Assembly (NCBI GenBank): GCA_965218095.1
Contig: OZ244587.1
Coordinates: forward strand, 5,952,001 to 6,016,000
Source: Candidatus Poribacteria bacterium
GTDB lineage: Bacteria > Poribacteria > WGA-4E > PCPOR2b
DNA: 64,000 bases
Direction: 5' to 3'
The translations under genes and the position numbers were made by a program. The notes beneath the pieces were generated by a model. It had not been told where the DNA came from. It saw only the letters and a program-made list of their open reading frames with translations, and did no database searches. Positions within the stretch are counted from its first letter, which is position 1; each line of letters starts with the position of its first letter. Positions 29,947 to 42,037 of this stretch are shown piece after piece.

Positions 29947-30713
29947 ATGTCTGTTCAAACCGATTTGAATCAGTGCGCGATCCTCACCCCGGAACAACGA
30001 GAGTTCTTCGACACCAACGGATACCTCGCAATCGAAAACGCGCTGCCTCAAGACGTGGTCGCTGAAATTGACGCGGCCATTGACGAGATTCATGAACGGG
30101 AAGAAAAGGCTGGACACCTTGAACCGAGCGGACAACTGAATGTGCGCAACTGCATTACGCAACACGACGCCTTTTTCCAGTTGCTCGATTGGCCCAGCAC
30201 CGCACCGCTCGCGTGGGGCATCCTCAATTGGAATATCCAGATGATCACCTCGCATTTACTCGTGCTCCCCTCAAAGGAGGAGCCGCCGCCGGAGGTCAAA
30301 AACAAGATTGGGCTGCACCGCGATGGTGGAACCTCTCCCCGCGAGATGCAGGAGCCCCATCCGAGAATCCTTCTCAAGATTGCTTACGCTATCAGCGATC
30401 AGTCAGATACGGCGTCGGGGGCAACCGTGCTTGTCCCTGGCAGCAATCGACTCACCGGCACCCTCGCCGTAGATTCGGAGACAGGCATGGCCCAGGGCAC
30501 AACTGGTCTGGAAAACCGAGAAAAACCATTTTCATGGGCTACGCTTACCGGTGGGTCAAACCGGTGGACTATATTGCAATGCCAGACAAATTGATTGCCA
30601 AGTGCACGACTCCGATACAGAAGCAACTGCTCGGCGTCGTCAGCGACCCGTTGAGCTATTATCTGCCCGAGGACGAAGATGTGCCGCTGAAGGGGCTAGT
30701 GAATCAGGTCTGA
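29947..30713 (+). pseudogene. PhyH-family dioxygenase, deletion/frameshift ~30500
   Basis: FFDTNGYLAIENAL, LHRD, GATVLVPGSN; the distal His region is lost; tail RKTIFMGYAYRW is in another frame. Confidence 0.8.
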
Positions 30714-31235
30714 AACATGATGCACGTTGCGCCACCTTTCAGACAACAGGCTGGACTTTGACGGCGCCGCAGTCGATAAGAGCACCAGGTAGAAATGTCT
30801 CGACGTTGAGTGTGTACAAAGGCGACACTTCGACTTTGCTAAGTATCGGAAACTCAATGTTTATTAGGGTTGAGTTTTTGTCGTTTGTTGTGATTGACAA
30901 TGGCATTGGTGTCTTACCAAGCACTGTGCCTGCGTTGATAGCGGATAGATCTATTCACGGAGGTTATCTATACAAATTATTAAACGAGGCTTGGTCATAG
31001 ACATTTCTGCCCACGATACATGAGGAAAAAGGGAGGATGCCCAGATGTGCGTAACATGTCACTTGATAGTGCAGAAACCCAAGAAAAAAGTCTCAATTCA
31101 ACCTGCAAATCCATGTCCTTTCCACATCCACAGCCGGCGTGGGAAGGAGTTCGTGTCTTGAGCAAGGGTTGCGACAACAGGTAAGCATCTCAATGAGAAA
31201 TTCCGTGAGATAAATGCCGGCTGGGAGAGGTTAAG

Positions 31236-32681
31236 TTGATGCTCTACTCACTACCAGCAATGACAATACCGCTTATTTTGCTTGGGGAGACAGGTATTGC
31301 CCAGCCTATTGAGGTGAACAATGACCACCAGGTTTTCGTTGACGACTACCTGGTTGAGAGCCAAGATAACGTCACACGCCGGCTCAACCCGGACCAGAAG
31401 CATCCGGACAACCCCCTTTTCCCCCCGGAGAAGCCATGGGAGAGCAGCGGCGTGGTCCTAGGCGGCTCGGTTCTTTACGACGATCAGGAGCAAGTCTTCA
31501 AGATGTGGTACGGCGCCGGCTGGGAAAAGGAGACGCTTAACTACGCCACCTCCTCCGACGGTATCCACTGGGAGCGGCCCAATGTAGGGCTTATTGAGTT
31601 TGAAGGCTCAACAGACAACAATGTACTGCTGTTGGCTGAGGAGCGGATGAAAAGCGCCACGGTCATAAAAGATTTTGATGAACCGGACGAAAACCGTCGC
31701 TATAAGCTGTTGGTCTGGGTGGCAGTGCCCAACGATGCCTCCGCGCCGCCAATCGGCCCCGGGGCCGGCGGACACTATATCGGCTGGTCACCGGATGGCA
31801 TCCACTGGACTTTGTCGGAGGAGCCTGTTCTGACCTATCGAGGTGACCGGGCCTTTGATGCACTGTCGTTGATGTATGACCCGCGGCGCAAAAAGTACGT
31901 GGACTTCACCAAAAGCGACCACGTCAGCGAGCGGCGGGCCCGCTACATCTGCGAGAGCAACGACTTCCTAGATTGGACCAAACCCCGTCTCATCCTGGCC
32001 GTTGATGACTAGGACCCCGAGCCGCTTCACCTGTACAAGAACGTCGGCTTCTGGTACGAGACCATGTACCTTGGTTTCTTGAAAACCTTCTACGATACGC
32101 CGGCACGCAACGTCTGCGAAATCCAACTAATCTCCAGCCGTGACGGAATCAACTGGCGACGGGCTGGCAACCGCGAATACATCCTTTCTGTCGGCCCGGA
32201 TGGTTCTTGGGACCGTTACAACAACGACGTGGCCGCTTCCGCCCCGATTCAGGGCGGGGACCAACTGTACATCTATTATAGCGGTCGAACCTATCGCCAT
32301 GATGGGCAGGGGGGGCCAGCTCAGATATTGCCCAGCGTCGCGATCGGGCTGGCAACCCTCCGGGTAGATGGCTTCGTGTCCGTGGACGCAGATGCCCTCG
32401 GCGGTAGCCTGACCACTAAGCCGCTGTGGTTAGACGGGAAGCGGCTCCATCTCAACCTCAAGTCCGACTTTGGCAACACCTGGGTGGAGCTACTGGATGA
32501 AGATGGCAATATCGCAGAGGGCTTTTCGCGTGAGACGTGCGATGTCATTAGGGAGGACACGACCGACCACATAGTCACCTGGAAGGGAAATCCTGACTTC
32601 TCGGCCCGCGCGGGTCAGCCTACTAGGATTCGCTTCTCCCTTCAAAACGCACGGCTCTACTCGTTCCACTTGAGTCAGTGA
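31236..32681 (+). pseudogene. Five-bladed beta-propeller glycoside hydrolase-like protein (GH32/GH130-like clan) with one in-frame TAG (32010-32012)
   Basis: KHPDNPL..PEKPWE, FKMWY, YATSSDGIHWERP, SRDGINWRR, GLATLRVDGFVS; the frame continues DD*DPEPLHLY. Confidence 0.78.
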
Positions 32682-32727
32682 AGGGGACCTAGGCGGCATG
32701 TGCTCTTCGAGCTTGGAAGCATCCTGA

Positions 32728-33984
32728 ATGACCAAGGTGCCTATGTCTACAATGATTCCCCGGTCGGTGCAGCAGCGGATAACGGCAACGCTGTTTGTCT
32801 CGCAGAGTCTGTTCAGCGCATTGATGATTATGTCGTTCATACTCTTGCCGATTATTTCTGCGCGCCTGAGTGGGACCGATCGCGCTGCAGGGGCGTCGCC
32901 CACAATGATGATGTTGGGGCGGGCCATAGCGGCCTATCCCATGGGGTGGCTGATGGACCGCGTGGGGCGGCGGCCGGGGCTGTCGCTGGGGTATTTGTTC
33001 GCCTTGGTCGGAGCGATGTTGAGCGTGCTGTCGATCAGTACGTGGGAGTCGTTTGCAGGGCTCTGCGCGGGCGTGTTGTTGATCGGAATGGGGCGAGGAG
33101 TGAGCGAACAGGCGCGGTTTATTGCGGCCGAGGTCTATCCCCCGGGCAGGCGGGCTGGAGTGATCGGTCTGATTGTGTTTGCGGGAACTGTGGGCGCGGT
33201 GGGCGGCCCTATACTGGTCCATCCCTCGGGTCAGCTAGCGGCGTCCTTTGGTCTGCACGTCCACGTAGGACCCTATTTGGCCTCAGCAGCGTTTGCCGCC
33301 CTGGCCCTAGTGTTGACCTTTTCGCTGCTGCGGCCAGATCCCATGAGGGTTGGGAAGGCCCTAGCGGGAGATCTGAACGGCCTCGGGGAGAAGGACGCTC
33401 GGAACAGAGCGGCCGGGCGAACATTGAGACAGATTTTTTCCTTAGGGACCGTGAGGCTTGGTGTGGCAGCCATGGTAATCGGGCAGTTAATTATGACGCT
33501 GATTATGGTGATTACGCCCCTGCACATGGCTCATCACGCCCATGGAGTACAGGCGATTTCGTGGGTGATTATGGCACATACGCTGGGGATGTACGGGCTT
33601 TCGAGTATAACAAGCCGTCTGTCGGACCGCTTCGGTCGGGTCAAGATAGTGGGCGCCGGTGCGCTGGTACTGGCCGTATCTGCCTTGTTAACACCGATTT
33701 CCAATCAGGTTTCCATGCTCGCTTTCGCCCTATTCCTGATGGGGCTTGGCTGGAATTTCTGTTTTATCGCAGGTTCAGCGCTGTTGTCTGACGCCCTTTT
33801 GCCCTTCGAGCGGGGGCGGGCACAAGGCGCGAGTGAGATGATGGTGGCCCTGGCAGCGGGGATGGGCAGTCTGGGGACAGGCGCTGTGTTTGCAGAAGCA
33901 GGGATTGTAGCCGTGAGCGCAATTGGGCTTTTTTTATCGCTGGCGCTGATCGGCGGGGCTAGCCGGTGGATGAAGACCGGTTGA
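32728..33984 (+). CDS. MFS transporter
   Basis: About 12 hydrophobic segments; GWLMDRVGRR and RLSDRFGR motif A. Confidence 0.92.
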   Translation: MTKVPMSTMIPRSVQQRITATLFVSQSLFSALMIMSFILLPIISARLSGTDRAAGASPTMMMLGRAIAAYPMGWLMDRVGRRPGLSLGYLFALVGAMLSVLSISTWESFAGLCAGVLLIGMGRGVSEQARFIAAEVYPPGRRAGVIGLIVFAGTVGAVGGPILVHPSGQLAASFGLHVHVGPYLASAAFAALALVLTFSLLRPDPMRVGKALAGDLNGLGEKDARNRAAGRTLRQIFSLGTVRLGVAAMVIGQLIMTLIMVITPLHMAHHAHGVQAISWVIMAHTLGMYGLSSITSRLSDRFGRVKIVGAGALVLAVSALLTPISNQVSMLAFALFLMGLGWNFCFIAGSALLSDALLPFERGRAQGASEMMVALAAGMGSLGTGAVFAEAGIVAVSAIGLFLSLALIGGASRWMKTG

Positions 33985-34381
33985 GAAGGCGTCCGTAGGG
34001 AAGGACAATTGAGGACGTGCTCTTCGGTGGCCGCAGATACATGGACGTTGGGTGGATAGAACGGGATGGTGTACTATCAAAAATTGCTGAGAAGATGCGA
34101 AACTCCTGTCATTTTACCTGTCGTATACGGTGCTGTGGAAAGTAGACCTCTTGCTTCCAAGGTCAAATCTGATATGCTTCCAGTAAAGCGATGGAAACGA
34201 ATCCGAACAAAATAAAACGCAATGAGTAATTTAGGCTTGACGCTCCGAGATAAATTTGCCTAGAAGCCCAAAAAATACACAAAAAGCCTAAAAATGGATT
34301 AAACCTTTTTTGAATCCGGAGCGACTTATTTGAATCTGCTGATTATCAGCTTTTTTTCACATCAACTATAAGGAGATTCAA

Positions 34382-34870
34382 ATGAAACGCTTGCAGATGT
34401 TAGCATTGGTTCTTAGCATTTTTGCCTTCTGGTTATATCGTTTTCCTTCACCAACAGGTGAAAGGATTTATGCTGATAGTTTTTCAGATCTGAATTGGAA
34501 TCACCTTCTTCGCCTGCAAAAAAATCTCACTCGGATACAACGAATGGATGCTCCTTTTCAACTCTTTCAGACTGAAAATTTCTGGCTGTTTCTTTTACTT
34601 GACACACGCAATGGGCGGGTCTGGCAAGTTCATTGGCACATCGACCCAGACGAGGCTTTTATAGGGACAGTTCCAATCAACGAAATATCTCTCATTAAAA
34701 GTGGCGAAAAAAAGCCGGGGCGTTTCACGCTTTATCCCACTATCAACAGGGCGATTCATTTGCTCCTTGATTAAGAAAATGGGAATGTTTGGCTATGTCA
34801 ACACGCAATAAATGAGCTAGATAAGCGATTCATTTCCCCAATAACAGCGACACTTAAGGGGATCGATTAA
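34382..34870 (+). pseudogene. Exported hypothetical protein with a two-fold internal repeat, premature TAA 34772
   Basis: RBS AAGGAG; LLLDTRNGRVWQ repeated as LLLD*ENGNVWL. Confidence 0.55.
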
Positions 34871-34885
34871 GTAGGTTTATGTTGG

Positions 34886-35377
34886 GTGTCCGGCTGCACC
34901 TTGGACGAGCAACTGGTGTTGCTGCGGCCCGGCGACGTCGTCACCTACTGTTTCCAGAGCAATGTTGACTGCATTGTGAAGGACGGTCATATCCGGAACG
35001 AGGTTTGGGAAGCCCGCGAGAGGGGCGTCTTGTTCGATGTGGGGCACGATGTGAATCCATTTAACCTTGATGTGGCGGAGGCAGCAATTACCGAGGGATT
35101 TCTGCCGGACACCATCTCGACGGATCAGCACCTCTGTCATGTTGGCTCCGTCCCTCAACATGACTTGCCTCGTACCCTTTCCAAGCTAATAGCTGCCGGA
35201 GTGCCTGAGGCAGATGCCCTGGTGCGTGCGCTGACCTCGCTGTATTGCGCTGGAATCCGGATGCGCTGCCCCTGCAAGACGTCACGGGCGCTGAGCGTCC
35301 GGGAGGCTGCTGGGGGCCGATTCTCACTGTGCGCGCAGGAGAGATTATCCACATCTAGAATTCACGCTAGGATCTAA
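34886..35377 (+). pseudogene. Amidohydrolase/dihydroorotase-like C-terminal fragment
   Basis: LRPGDVVT, ARERGVLFDVGH, GFLPDTISTD. Confidence 0.7.
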
Positions 35378-35556
35378 TCACTATCCAAGCGGAAGGACAA
35401 TACACACACCGAGACTTTGTGCTAATCGCTAACTCGATTTCCGGGAAAGGTAAGGCGGCTTCCGTTGCTGAGAAGCGCCCATTTACGCTCGAATGTGTAC
35501 AGTACCCACAAGTGGGCGCAAGGAATTATCGCCGACGGTGGAAGGCAGGGGCGCGA

Positions 35557-36315
35557 CTACAGTTCCCGCTCGACCTCGCGGATGAAGTTAAGGCTTTCCT
35601 CAATGACGAAGTCACGGGTCAGTCCGATGTGGCCGCGATTGGTGTAGTGCAGAAAGCGATGGTGGACCGTGCGCTCGGTCAGGGCGGCAGCCATTCGTTC
35701 TGCCTGAACGACCGGGATTGAGCGGTCGTCGTCGGAATGAAAAACGAGCATCGGTTTGCTGGTTGCTGAAACGTGTTCGATGGGGGAGGCCAGACGTCGG
35801 GCCTCGTCCCAGGGGACACCCGGTGTAATCCAGCCGCATGCCCAGTCTAGTTTAAGGAGATCATACGCGCCCGAAACGCTGATCGCGGCGCGGAAATCAC
35901 ACGGCTGGTCCTCCCAGCCACCGGTTTTGATAAACGGCCCTTCACCTAGGGTTGCGGCGAGAGAGACGAGGTGCCCGCCTGCAGACATGCCGGTGAGAAA
36001 GATTCGATCGCGATCAAGTTGATACTCATCCGCATTTGCGTGGACCCAGCGAATCGCGCAAAGGGTGTCCTGATAACAGGCCGGTGCTGGCGTACATGTA
36101 ACCAAGCGGTAATCGATAGACATGGCAAAGAAACCGAGCGCCGCCCACTGTTGGACATCGATGGCCGCGCCCAGATTACTCCGATTGCTGTAGTGCCAGC
36201 GCCCGCCGTGAACACCGAGGATGACTGGAAAGGGAGGCGTATTAGAAGAAAGGGCTATATCGGCAAGAAGCCCCGCGCCGAGGGTTTCACCGTAGATGAT
36301 TGTTTGCATGTTCAT
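35557..36315 (-). CDS. Alpha/beta hydrolase (esterase/lipase)
   Basis: VHGGRW, SIDYRL, GMSAGG nucleophile elbow, HSDDDRSIP, GH. Confidence 0.88.
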   Translation of the reverse strand: MNMQTIIYGETLGAGLLADIALSSNTPPFPVILGVHGGRWHYSNRSNLGAAIDVQQWAALGFFAMSIDYRLVTCTPAPACYQDTLCAIRWVHANADEYQLDRDRIFLTGMSAGGHLVSLAATLGEGPFIKTGGWEDQPCDFRAAISVSGAYDLLKLDWACGWITPGVPWDEARRLASPIEHVSATSKPMLVFHSDDDRSIPVVQAERMAAALTERTVHHRFLHYTNRGHIGLTRDFVIEESLNFIREVEREL

Positions 36316-36500
36316 GGATCCTCCATGTGATCGCTAACTCTTTTTGACTTTATGAACCGGTTAAAACTTTTCACGCGAGTAAATGGCGTAGGTTAATCAT
36401 AGCAAAAGCAATACAGGGATTTTTTCCCAACACCTCGAAACAGTGGAATAAGGGGATTAGGCAGTTGGGGCTATCGCCTCAAACCCTTGCCAATTCACAC

Positions 36501-36610
36501 GTGTCTCAGAAAGTGTACCTTCTGAGACACTCCAATTTCTGTGTCTCAAAACATGTCTCATAATTCGATTCTCAAATTGCCGTAGAAATTATGAAACACT
36601 TATGGTTACA
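36501..36610. promoter_or_regulatory. res-like multi-subsite recombination site without an adjacent resolvase
   Basis: GTGTCTCAGAA-N8-TTCTGAGACAC, followed by GTGTCTCAAAA, TGTCTCATAA, TTATGAAACAC, TTATGGTTACA. Confidence 0.5.
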
Positions 36611-36942
36611 CAGTTTTCCGATTAAGACTTTCGATGGATTTGTACGCTAATCCCCCTTTTCGGGGGGACGGGCAAAAAACCCCTTCAACAACTGGTTATG
36701 CCCTTTCGTTGAACGTTGCATCCGAGCTCCTGCTTGGTTAATTTGTAAAGGCTGTGTGGTCCTTAAAACGAATGACAAAATCCATGTTTTCAATCCAAGC
36801 AGATAACGTATCCCAGTCGTACCGACGTATTGTCAGAACGGGCATGCGTATGTGTCAAGTGGTCCAGCAGGCAGTACGGGCTTCTTTCCAAGGCACGAGA
36901 CCGGCCTCCTTACTGCCTGCTTTATTCGGGTACCGTCAACGG

Positions 36943-38016
36943 TTACGCGCGTACTTCATCGGACCAATCCCGCCATACGTCGCCGTTTGTGTTGTCTACC
37001 ACGAGTGCGTCGGGGAGGGCCGCGGGCGTTTTGAGGAAACCATAGATTGTCGCCTGGCGGATGACGTCAGAAGAAGAGTTCTGCCCCGCGATATGCAGAA
37101 TTTTGGTGTGCCACAACACCACGGTACCGGCGGGTCCGTGGCAATCGAACGGTTGGGTATCGGCCTTGATCTGCCCAATGACGGGATCGGTATAACCTCC
37201 CACATTGCGCACCGCCAGATGCTTGTCTGTGTGCTTCTCACCGGTTTGGAAGGCCTTCCACTGTTCCCTCCAGATCCTCATGTGGCTTCCAGGCCACACG
37301 GTAAAGCCGCCGGAGTTGGGCGGTACATCGTCAATGTATGCTGACATCTGTAGCCGCCATCGGCCGTAGCACGCACCGTCGGAGTGGGCGCTGCGGTAAT
37401 CGGGCCCAGGAGACGGGCTTTTCGGTAGTGTGCAATATAATCCACGCGTCCCTTGCCCATTGAGCCACACGGGTCCGGTCTTAGGCAACCGCAACGCCTC
37501 CTCCGTCGTGAAGGCCCCCTTCGATGGCCAGCCCATCTTGTGCCCCACATGGCTGACAAGACCTCCCACTGCGTCGTCGCACATGAAACATGGGCCCGTC
37601 GTGGTGCCCGACGCATCGAGCCCAGCGGGCCACACCACCGCCCCCTCCCCAAGAAGCTGCTCAGCGACTTGCCATAGCGCTCGGGGCGCTAAGTTGAGAA
37701 GGAGTTCTTCAGCCCCATTGCGGACTGTGAACTGGTGTCCATTGCCGCTGAAATACGGATCTCCTCCGCCCTCCGGTCTTTGCGCCTTTAGCCTGGCGCT
37801 CTCCTCATCTGTGATGGGCCTCCACGTGGAGGGGGCGTTCCTTTTCATCCAGGGGAGGTGGGTCTTAATCACCTTCCACATTTCGTCACGGGCCTGGCGG
37901 CAGAGCACAGGGTCGAGCACTGCTGGGAGAACCAGGAATCCCTCGCACTTGAACTGGGCAATCTGATTTGCCGTCAGGGGCGCGACATGCTTCAAACTCG
38001 GGGTAGACATCGCCAT
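36943..38016 (-). CDS. PhyH-family dioxygenase
   Basis: QFKCEGFLVLPAVL, AHSD, GGFTVWPGSH, GPAGTVVLWHTKILH. Confidence 0.88.
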   Translation of the reverse strand: MAMSTPSLKHVAPLTANQIAQFKCEGFLVLPAVLDPVLCRQARDEMWKVIKTHLPWMKRNAPSTWRPITDEESARLKAQRPEGGGDPYFSGNGHQFTVRNGAEELLLNLAPRALWQVAEQLLGEGAVVWPAGLDASGTTTGPCFMCDDAVGGLVSHVGHKMGWPSKGAFTTEEALRLPKTGPVWLNGQGTRGLYCTLPKSPSPGPDYRSAHSDGACYGRWRLQMSAYIDDVPPNSGGFTVWPGSHMRIWREQWKAFQTGEKHTDKHLAVRNVGGYTDPVIGQIKADTQPFDCHGPAGTVVLWHTKILHIAGQNSSSDVIRQATIYGFLKTPAALPDALVVDNTNGDVWRDWSDEVRA

Positions 38017-38419
38017 TCTCCTTTTACTGTTTGACAATCAATTCATGTTCTGCTTTGGTATTTTTCATAACACCTCTTGGATTTACGAACCTGGAGCGAA
38101 GCGGCGGCTTGCCCGAATGACCAAGGGGCTTTTGCCCTGCAGCGTAAATCCGATGTTATGAGAAGTTGCATCACTGAATCGCATCTCTGATACTGTCGAC
38201 TCAATAGAATTACGATTTTGAACGCCATCTATCGTTTGTATGCCAGCGTTACGAAAAGTTTGAAGTTTTAATGGATAATGACTGAATTGAGCGATGGCGT
38301 TTAGCTGTCCGCCATCTGGGAAAAAGGAACAGGAAATTGTTGACCAGAGTATCCAGGCGGTTGAATGCTTCCATCGTGTGCCTGAACATCATTTCAATCT
38401 GTGCCCCGTCAGTTGGCCC

Positions 38420-38670
38420 GCAAAAATGCTGTGCCCGTTGCTGAGTGAAAATCATCTGGTGACAATGGACAATGTACCATTCCACAAATCGGTTCAAACG
38501 CGAGAGCGGACTGCTGATACAGGAGCAATGCTGCTGTTTCTGTTCCCGTACTCCCTTGACCTCAATCCGATTGAGAAGAATTTTGCCAATATCAAAAAGA
38601 GAGTACAACGAACATCAAACACTGGATGAAATTATCAAACCGTATCAGTAATTACCGGCTTCGCTATAAA
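38420..38670 (+). mobile_element. IS630-family transposase C-terminal remnant
   Basis: MDNVPFHK...LLFLFPYSLDLNPIEKNFANIK. Confidence 0.7.
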
Positions 38671-38843
38671 TCCCCATCATATACGGCGTAGAGCCAATCC
38701 GTCGTTTCACAAAGACGGGCAAAGTGTGATTTATCAACGCGGTGCAGATTTGCATAGCTGCCGTGTGGGCGATAGTAGAAAGGTTCAACGCCCTGATGGC
38801 TCAATCGGGAATTTCACACCAATCGTTGTCATCTCTCGCCTTG

Positions 38844-40968
38844 CTAGAGACTCGTCAGCTTGACCGCCCGGATGCAGTGGTTGAAGTGATCGGCGATTAG
38901 CAGCACGTCATCGCCGTAGAAGCAGAGCCCACGAGGCGAGTTGAGGCCCGCTCCGACAGCGACGCCATCATCTCCGGAGTATCCGGCTTCGTCGGCTCCA
39001 GCCACGGTCTGCAGCACTCCATCAGGGCAGATTCGGCGCACACAGTTGTTGCCGGTGTCGGAAACATATACCGCACCGTTGTTAGCGATAGCAACGCCTT
39101 GCGGGCTGTCCAATCTCGCCGCCCGCGCCGGGGTCCAGTCGAGTGAAAATCCCGGATCACCGGACCCAACGACCGTCGTGATGGTTCCAGTCCTGTCAAC
39201 GCGACGAATCGCATGAGCCATTGCGTCCGAGAAGTACAGGTTTCCCTTCGGGTCAAAGCCGATCGACGTCGGGCTACCAATTCGGGCCTGCGTCGCCGGG
39301 CCTCCATCGCCAGAATAGCCGTGGAGGCCGATGCCGGCTACCGTGTCAATGATGCCAGTCTTAGCATCAATTCTACGAATGCGTGCTGCGCCTGCGTCGC
39401 CAACGTAGATGTTGTCGTCGGCGTCGTGCGCTACGGAAATTGGATTGATGAGATTCGCGCATATCGCAGGGCCCCTGTCGCCCTTGTCCCACTGAAATGC
39501 GGCGCCTGCAACATTATAGATTATCCCTACCTCGTCGATGCGCCGGACGTGCCCGTGTCGACCATCGGCGATAACGATGCGACCTTCTGCGTCGACCGAT
39601 ACGCCGGACGGATTACCAAGGTACGCCTCAGTCGCTAGCCCACTATCGCCCCCGTAAGCCCTGGCGCCATTGCCGGCGACAGTCCTGATGACTCCGGTCT
39701 TCGGGGTCAATCGCGCGAATGCGCTGGTTCCATTGATCTGCTACATAAATGTATCCGTCGGGCCCGACGCTCAAGCCCCACGGGCCGCAAAGGAACGCTC
39801 GCGTGGCAACCTCACCGTCATGAACACTTGTTCCCCCAAGCGCGGTGGTAACGATGCCGGTCTGGCCGTCGATTCGGCGGAGACGACCGCCGCAGTCACT
39901 GAAGAAGACTGTCCCGTCCGCATCCGCCCATAGCCCCACCTCGACGGAATTGCACTTGGTCTTGGTCGCCGGAACGTCCTCGTCACCCATGCCAGGCACG
40001 CCGGTTCCGGCGATGGTTGTCACGAAGCCCGTTTCGGCGTCAATCTTACGCACCCGGAAGCCATATTTCTCGCCGACATAGAGGTTGTCATGGATATCAA
40101 TGAATATGGCATCGGGCATCAGCGTGCTGGCCTCGGCGGCAGGGCCGCCATCACCGTTGGACGCATGTTGTCCATTTCCAAGCACGGTGGTAACGATGCC
40201 GGTCTCCATGTCGATTTTGCGGATGCGGTCGTTAGAGTTGTCGCAGACGTAAAGGTTCTCCTTAGAGTCGAGGGCCAGATGCTCCGGATGATAGAATCCC
40301 ACCTCATCTTTGCGGCCGCCGTCTCCTGAGTAGCCCCCTAGGCTCAACCACTCCCCGTGCGCCGGTCGGCTGTTTCCTTGTTCGGAGGGGTGGTAGCGGG
40401 CATCTTGACCGGCAAAAAGTTCGACGACGCCGGTCTTCCCATCAATTCGGCGGATGTTGTTTGCCCACTCGCTGGAGATAAAGATATCGCCGTTGTCGGC
40501 AATTGCGATCCCACAATGGGTGTCCATCTCGGCTTCAATCGCCGGACCGCCATCGCCGCCTCGTCCAATCTGACCTGAGCCTGCCAAAGTCGTGATGATG
40601 CCGGTTTTGGCGTCGATCTTACGGTAGACCTGATTATGGAGGTCGGAGAAGTAGAGGGTGCCCGTTGCGTCCTGGGCGAGATCATGGGGGCCGTCAAGTT
40701 GAGCCTTGAGGGCTGGACCGCCATCCCCAGTATACCCTGGGACTCCCGTGCCAGCGAATCGGTGCAGTATTCCATTGGCGTCGATCCGCCACAGGACGTG
40801 GAAGTGGTAGTTAGCGATGATCAACTCGTTTGTCTTTAGCCATCGAACGACGCCGCGAGGCCAACCCGCATCGGCATCTCGGGCTAGAATGCCTTCCCGC
40901 ATTCCGACGCCGGCGATGGTCCTCATCGTGCCAGAACTTTGGTTGACGAATAAGCCTCTGAGATTCAT
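38844..40968 (-). pseudogene. NHL-repeat (teneurin-like) beta-propeller protein, single +1 frameshift ~39705
   Basis: Many AGxGxxGYSGDGGPA...P...D..GNLY..D..N..IRKID repeats; one extra base in a 4-nt homopolymer (could be an assembly error). Confidence 0.82.
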
Positions 40969-40990
40969 ATTGACTCCATCATCGTCCTAC

Positions 40991-42037
40991 TTATTGGTTT
41001 TTGGCTTTTCGTGGTCTTTCGTTTTCCAACCCCTGTATCAGCGCAATGATATAGCCGAACTGGAACGCCCAAGCCTGGGTCACGCGGCTCGAGACGCCAG
41101 CCGGCGCCCTATCGTCCGGATGGTGCGGCGCGTGATCGGGCATCAGCATATAAGGATAGTCGGCTTCATACAGCGTTTTGGCGATCTCATACATATTGAC
41201 GTCGCCTTCATCTGGCCACGTCTCGCAGAAGTCGTGTAGGCCGCCCCGGATATTCCGGAAGTGTATGTTGAAGATCTTCCTGTGTTCCGCGAAATATTTC
41301 ACGATGGGCGGCAGTTCCTCGTCCGGATTCTCCAAGCCTTCCGCCGCTACCCCGCAGCAGAAATTGAACCCATGGTATGGGCTGTCCACCAGCTCACTGA
41401 ATCGCTTCAGTCCCTCAAAGACCGGCCAATTCCACTTTTCTACGCTGTTGAGCACGGGCGCGGGCGGATCGTTCAGGTGACACGCCATCTGGATCTTATA
41501 TTCGTCAGCAACAGGAATCAACCGCTCCAAAAAGTAGGCCGCCCGCTCAAATGCCTCCTCGCGACTGACGACGCCGGCTTCGTGTAATTTCTCATTATCA
41601 TATTCGGAGAGCACAAACGAGCTATAAGACGTGCCACCCCGACCCGGCCGGCTGCCGGTACGCTGCACCAAGCCGCCTGCCCCTTCGGCACGCAACACGC
41701 AGAAGTTGTAGTTCAGACCGCGGAGTCCCGCCTTACTGGCGTTCTCAATATACCGGTGGAACTTCTCGATATCCTGGTCACGTTGCGGATCTTTGGCTAG
41801 TGGAATGCTGTCCATTGGGGTAATATGGACCATCTCCAGTTCCACCCCATAAGCGGCGGCCTCTTCGCGATGTCGGATCAGCGTGTCCGCTTCCATGTTG
41901 TCGACCGAAGCGTCAAAATGGATCACGCCATGACGGACCAGGAATTCCATCTCTTGCTTCGAAGTGCCAAAGTACTGTGCGCCTACGTACATTTCTTTTG
42001 TCCTTTCTGAATCGAATGGTTTGGTGGGTTGTTCCAT
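40991..42037 (-). CDS. Mannonate dehydratase (UxuA-like)
   Basis: YFLERLIPVADEY, CHLNDPP, GFNFCCG, IHFRNIRG, ETWPDEGDVNM, MPDHAP; start position inferred. Confidence 0.82.
   Translation of the reverse strand: MEQPTKPFDSERTKEMYVGAQYFGTSKQEMEFLVRHGVIHFDASVDNMEADTLIRHREEAAAYGVELEMVHITPMDSIPLAKDPQRDQDIEKFHRYIENASKAGLRGLNYNFCVLRAEGAGGLVQRTGSRPGRGGTSYSSFVLSEYDNEKLHEAGVVSREEAFERAAYFLERLIPVADEYKIQMACHLNDPPAPVLNSVEKWNWPVFEGLKRFSELVDSPYHGFNFCCGVAAEGLENPDEELPPIVKYFAEHRKIFNIHFRNIRGGLHDFCETWPDEGDVNMYEIAKTLYEADYPYMLMPDHAPHHPDDRAPAGVSSRVTQAWAFQFGYIIALIQGLENERPRKAKNQ

Noticed and set aside
32700-33791. 363-aa plus-strand ORF overlapping the MFS gene
   Set aside because: Alternate frame of a GC-rich gene, with Gly/Arg/Ser-rich non-protein-like composition.
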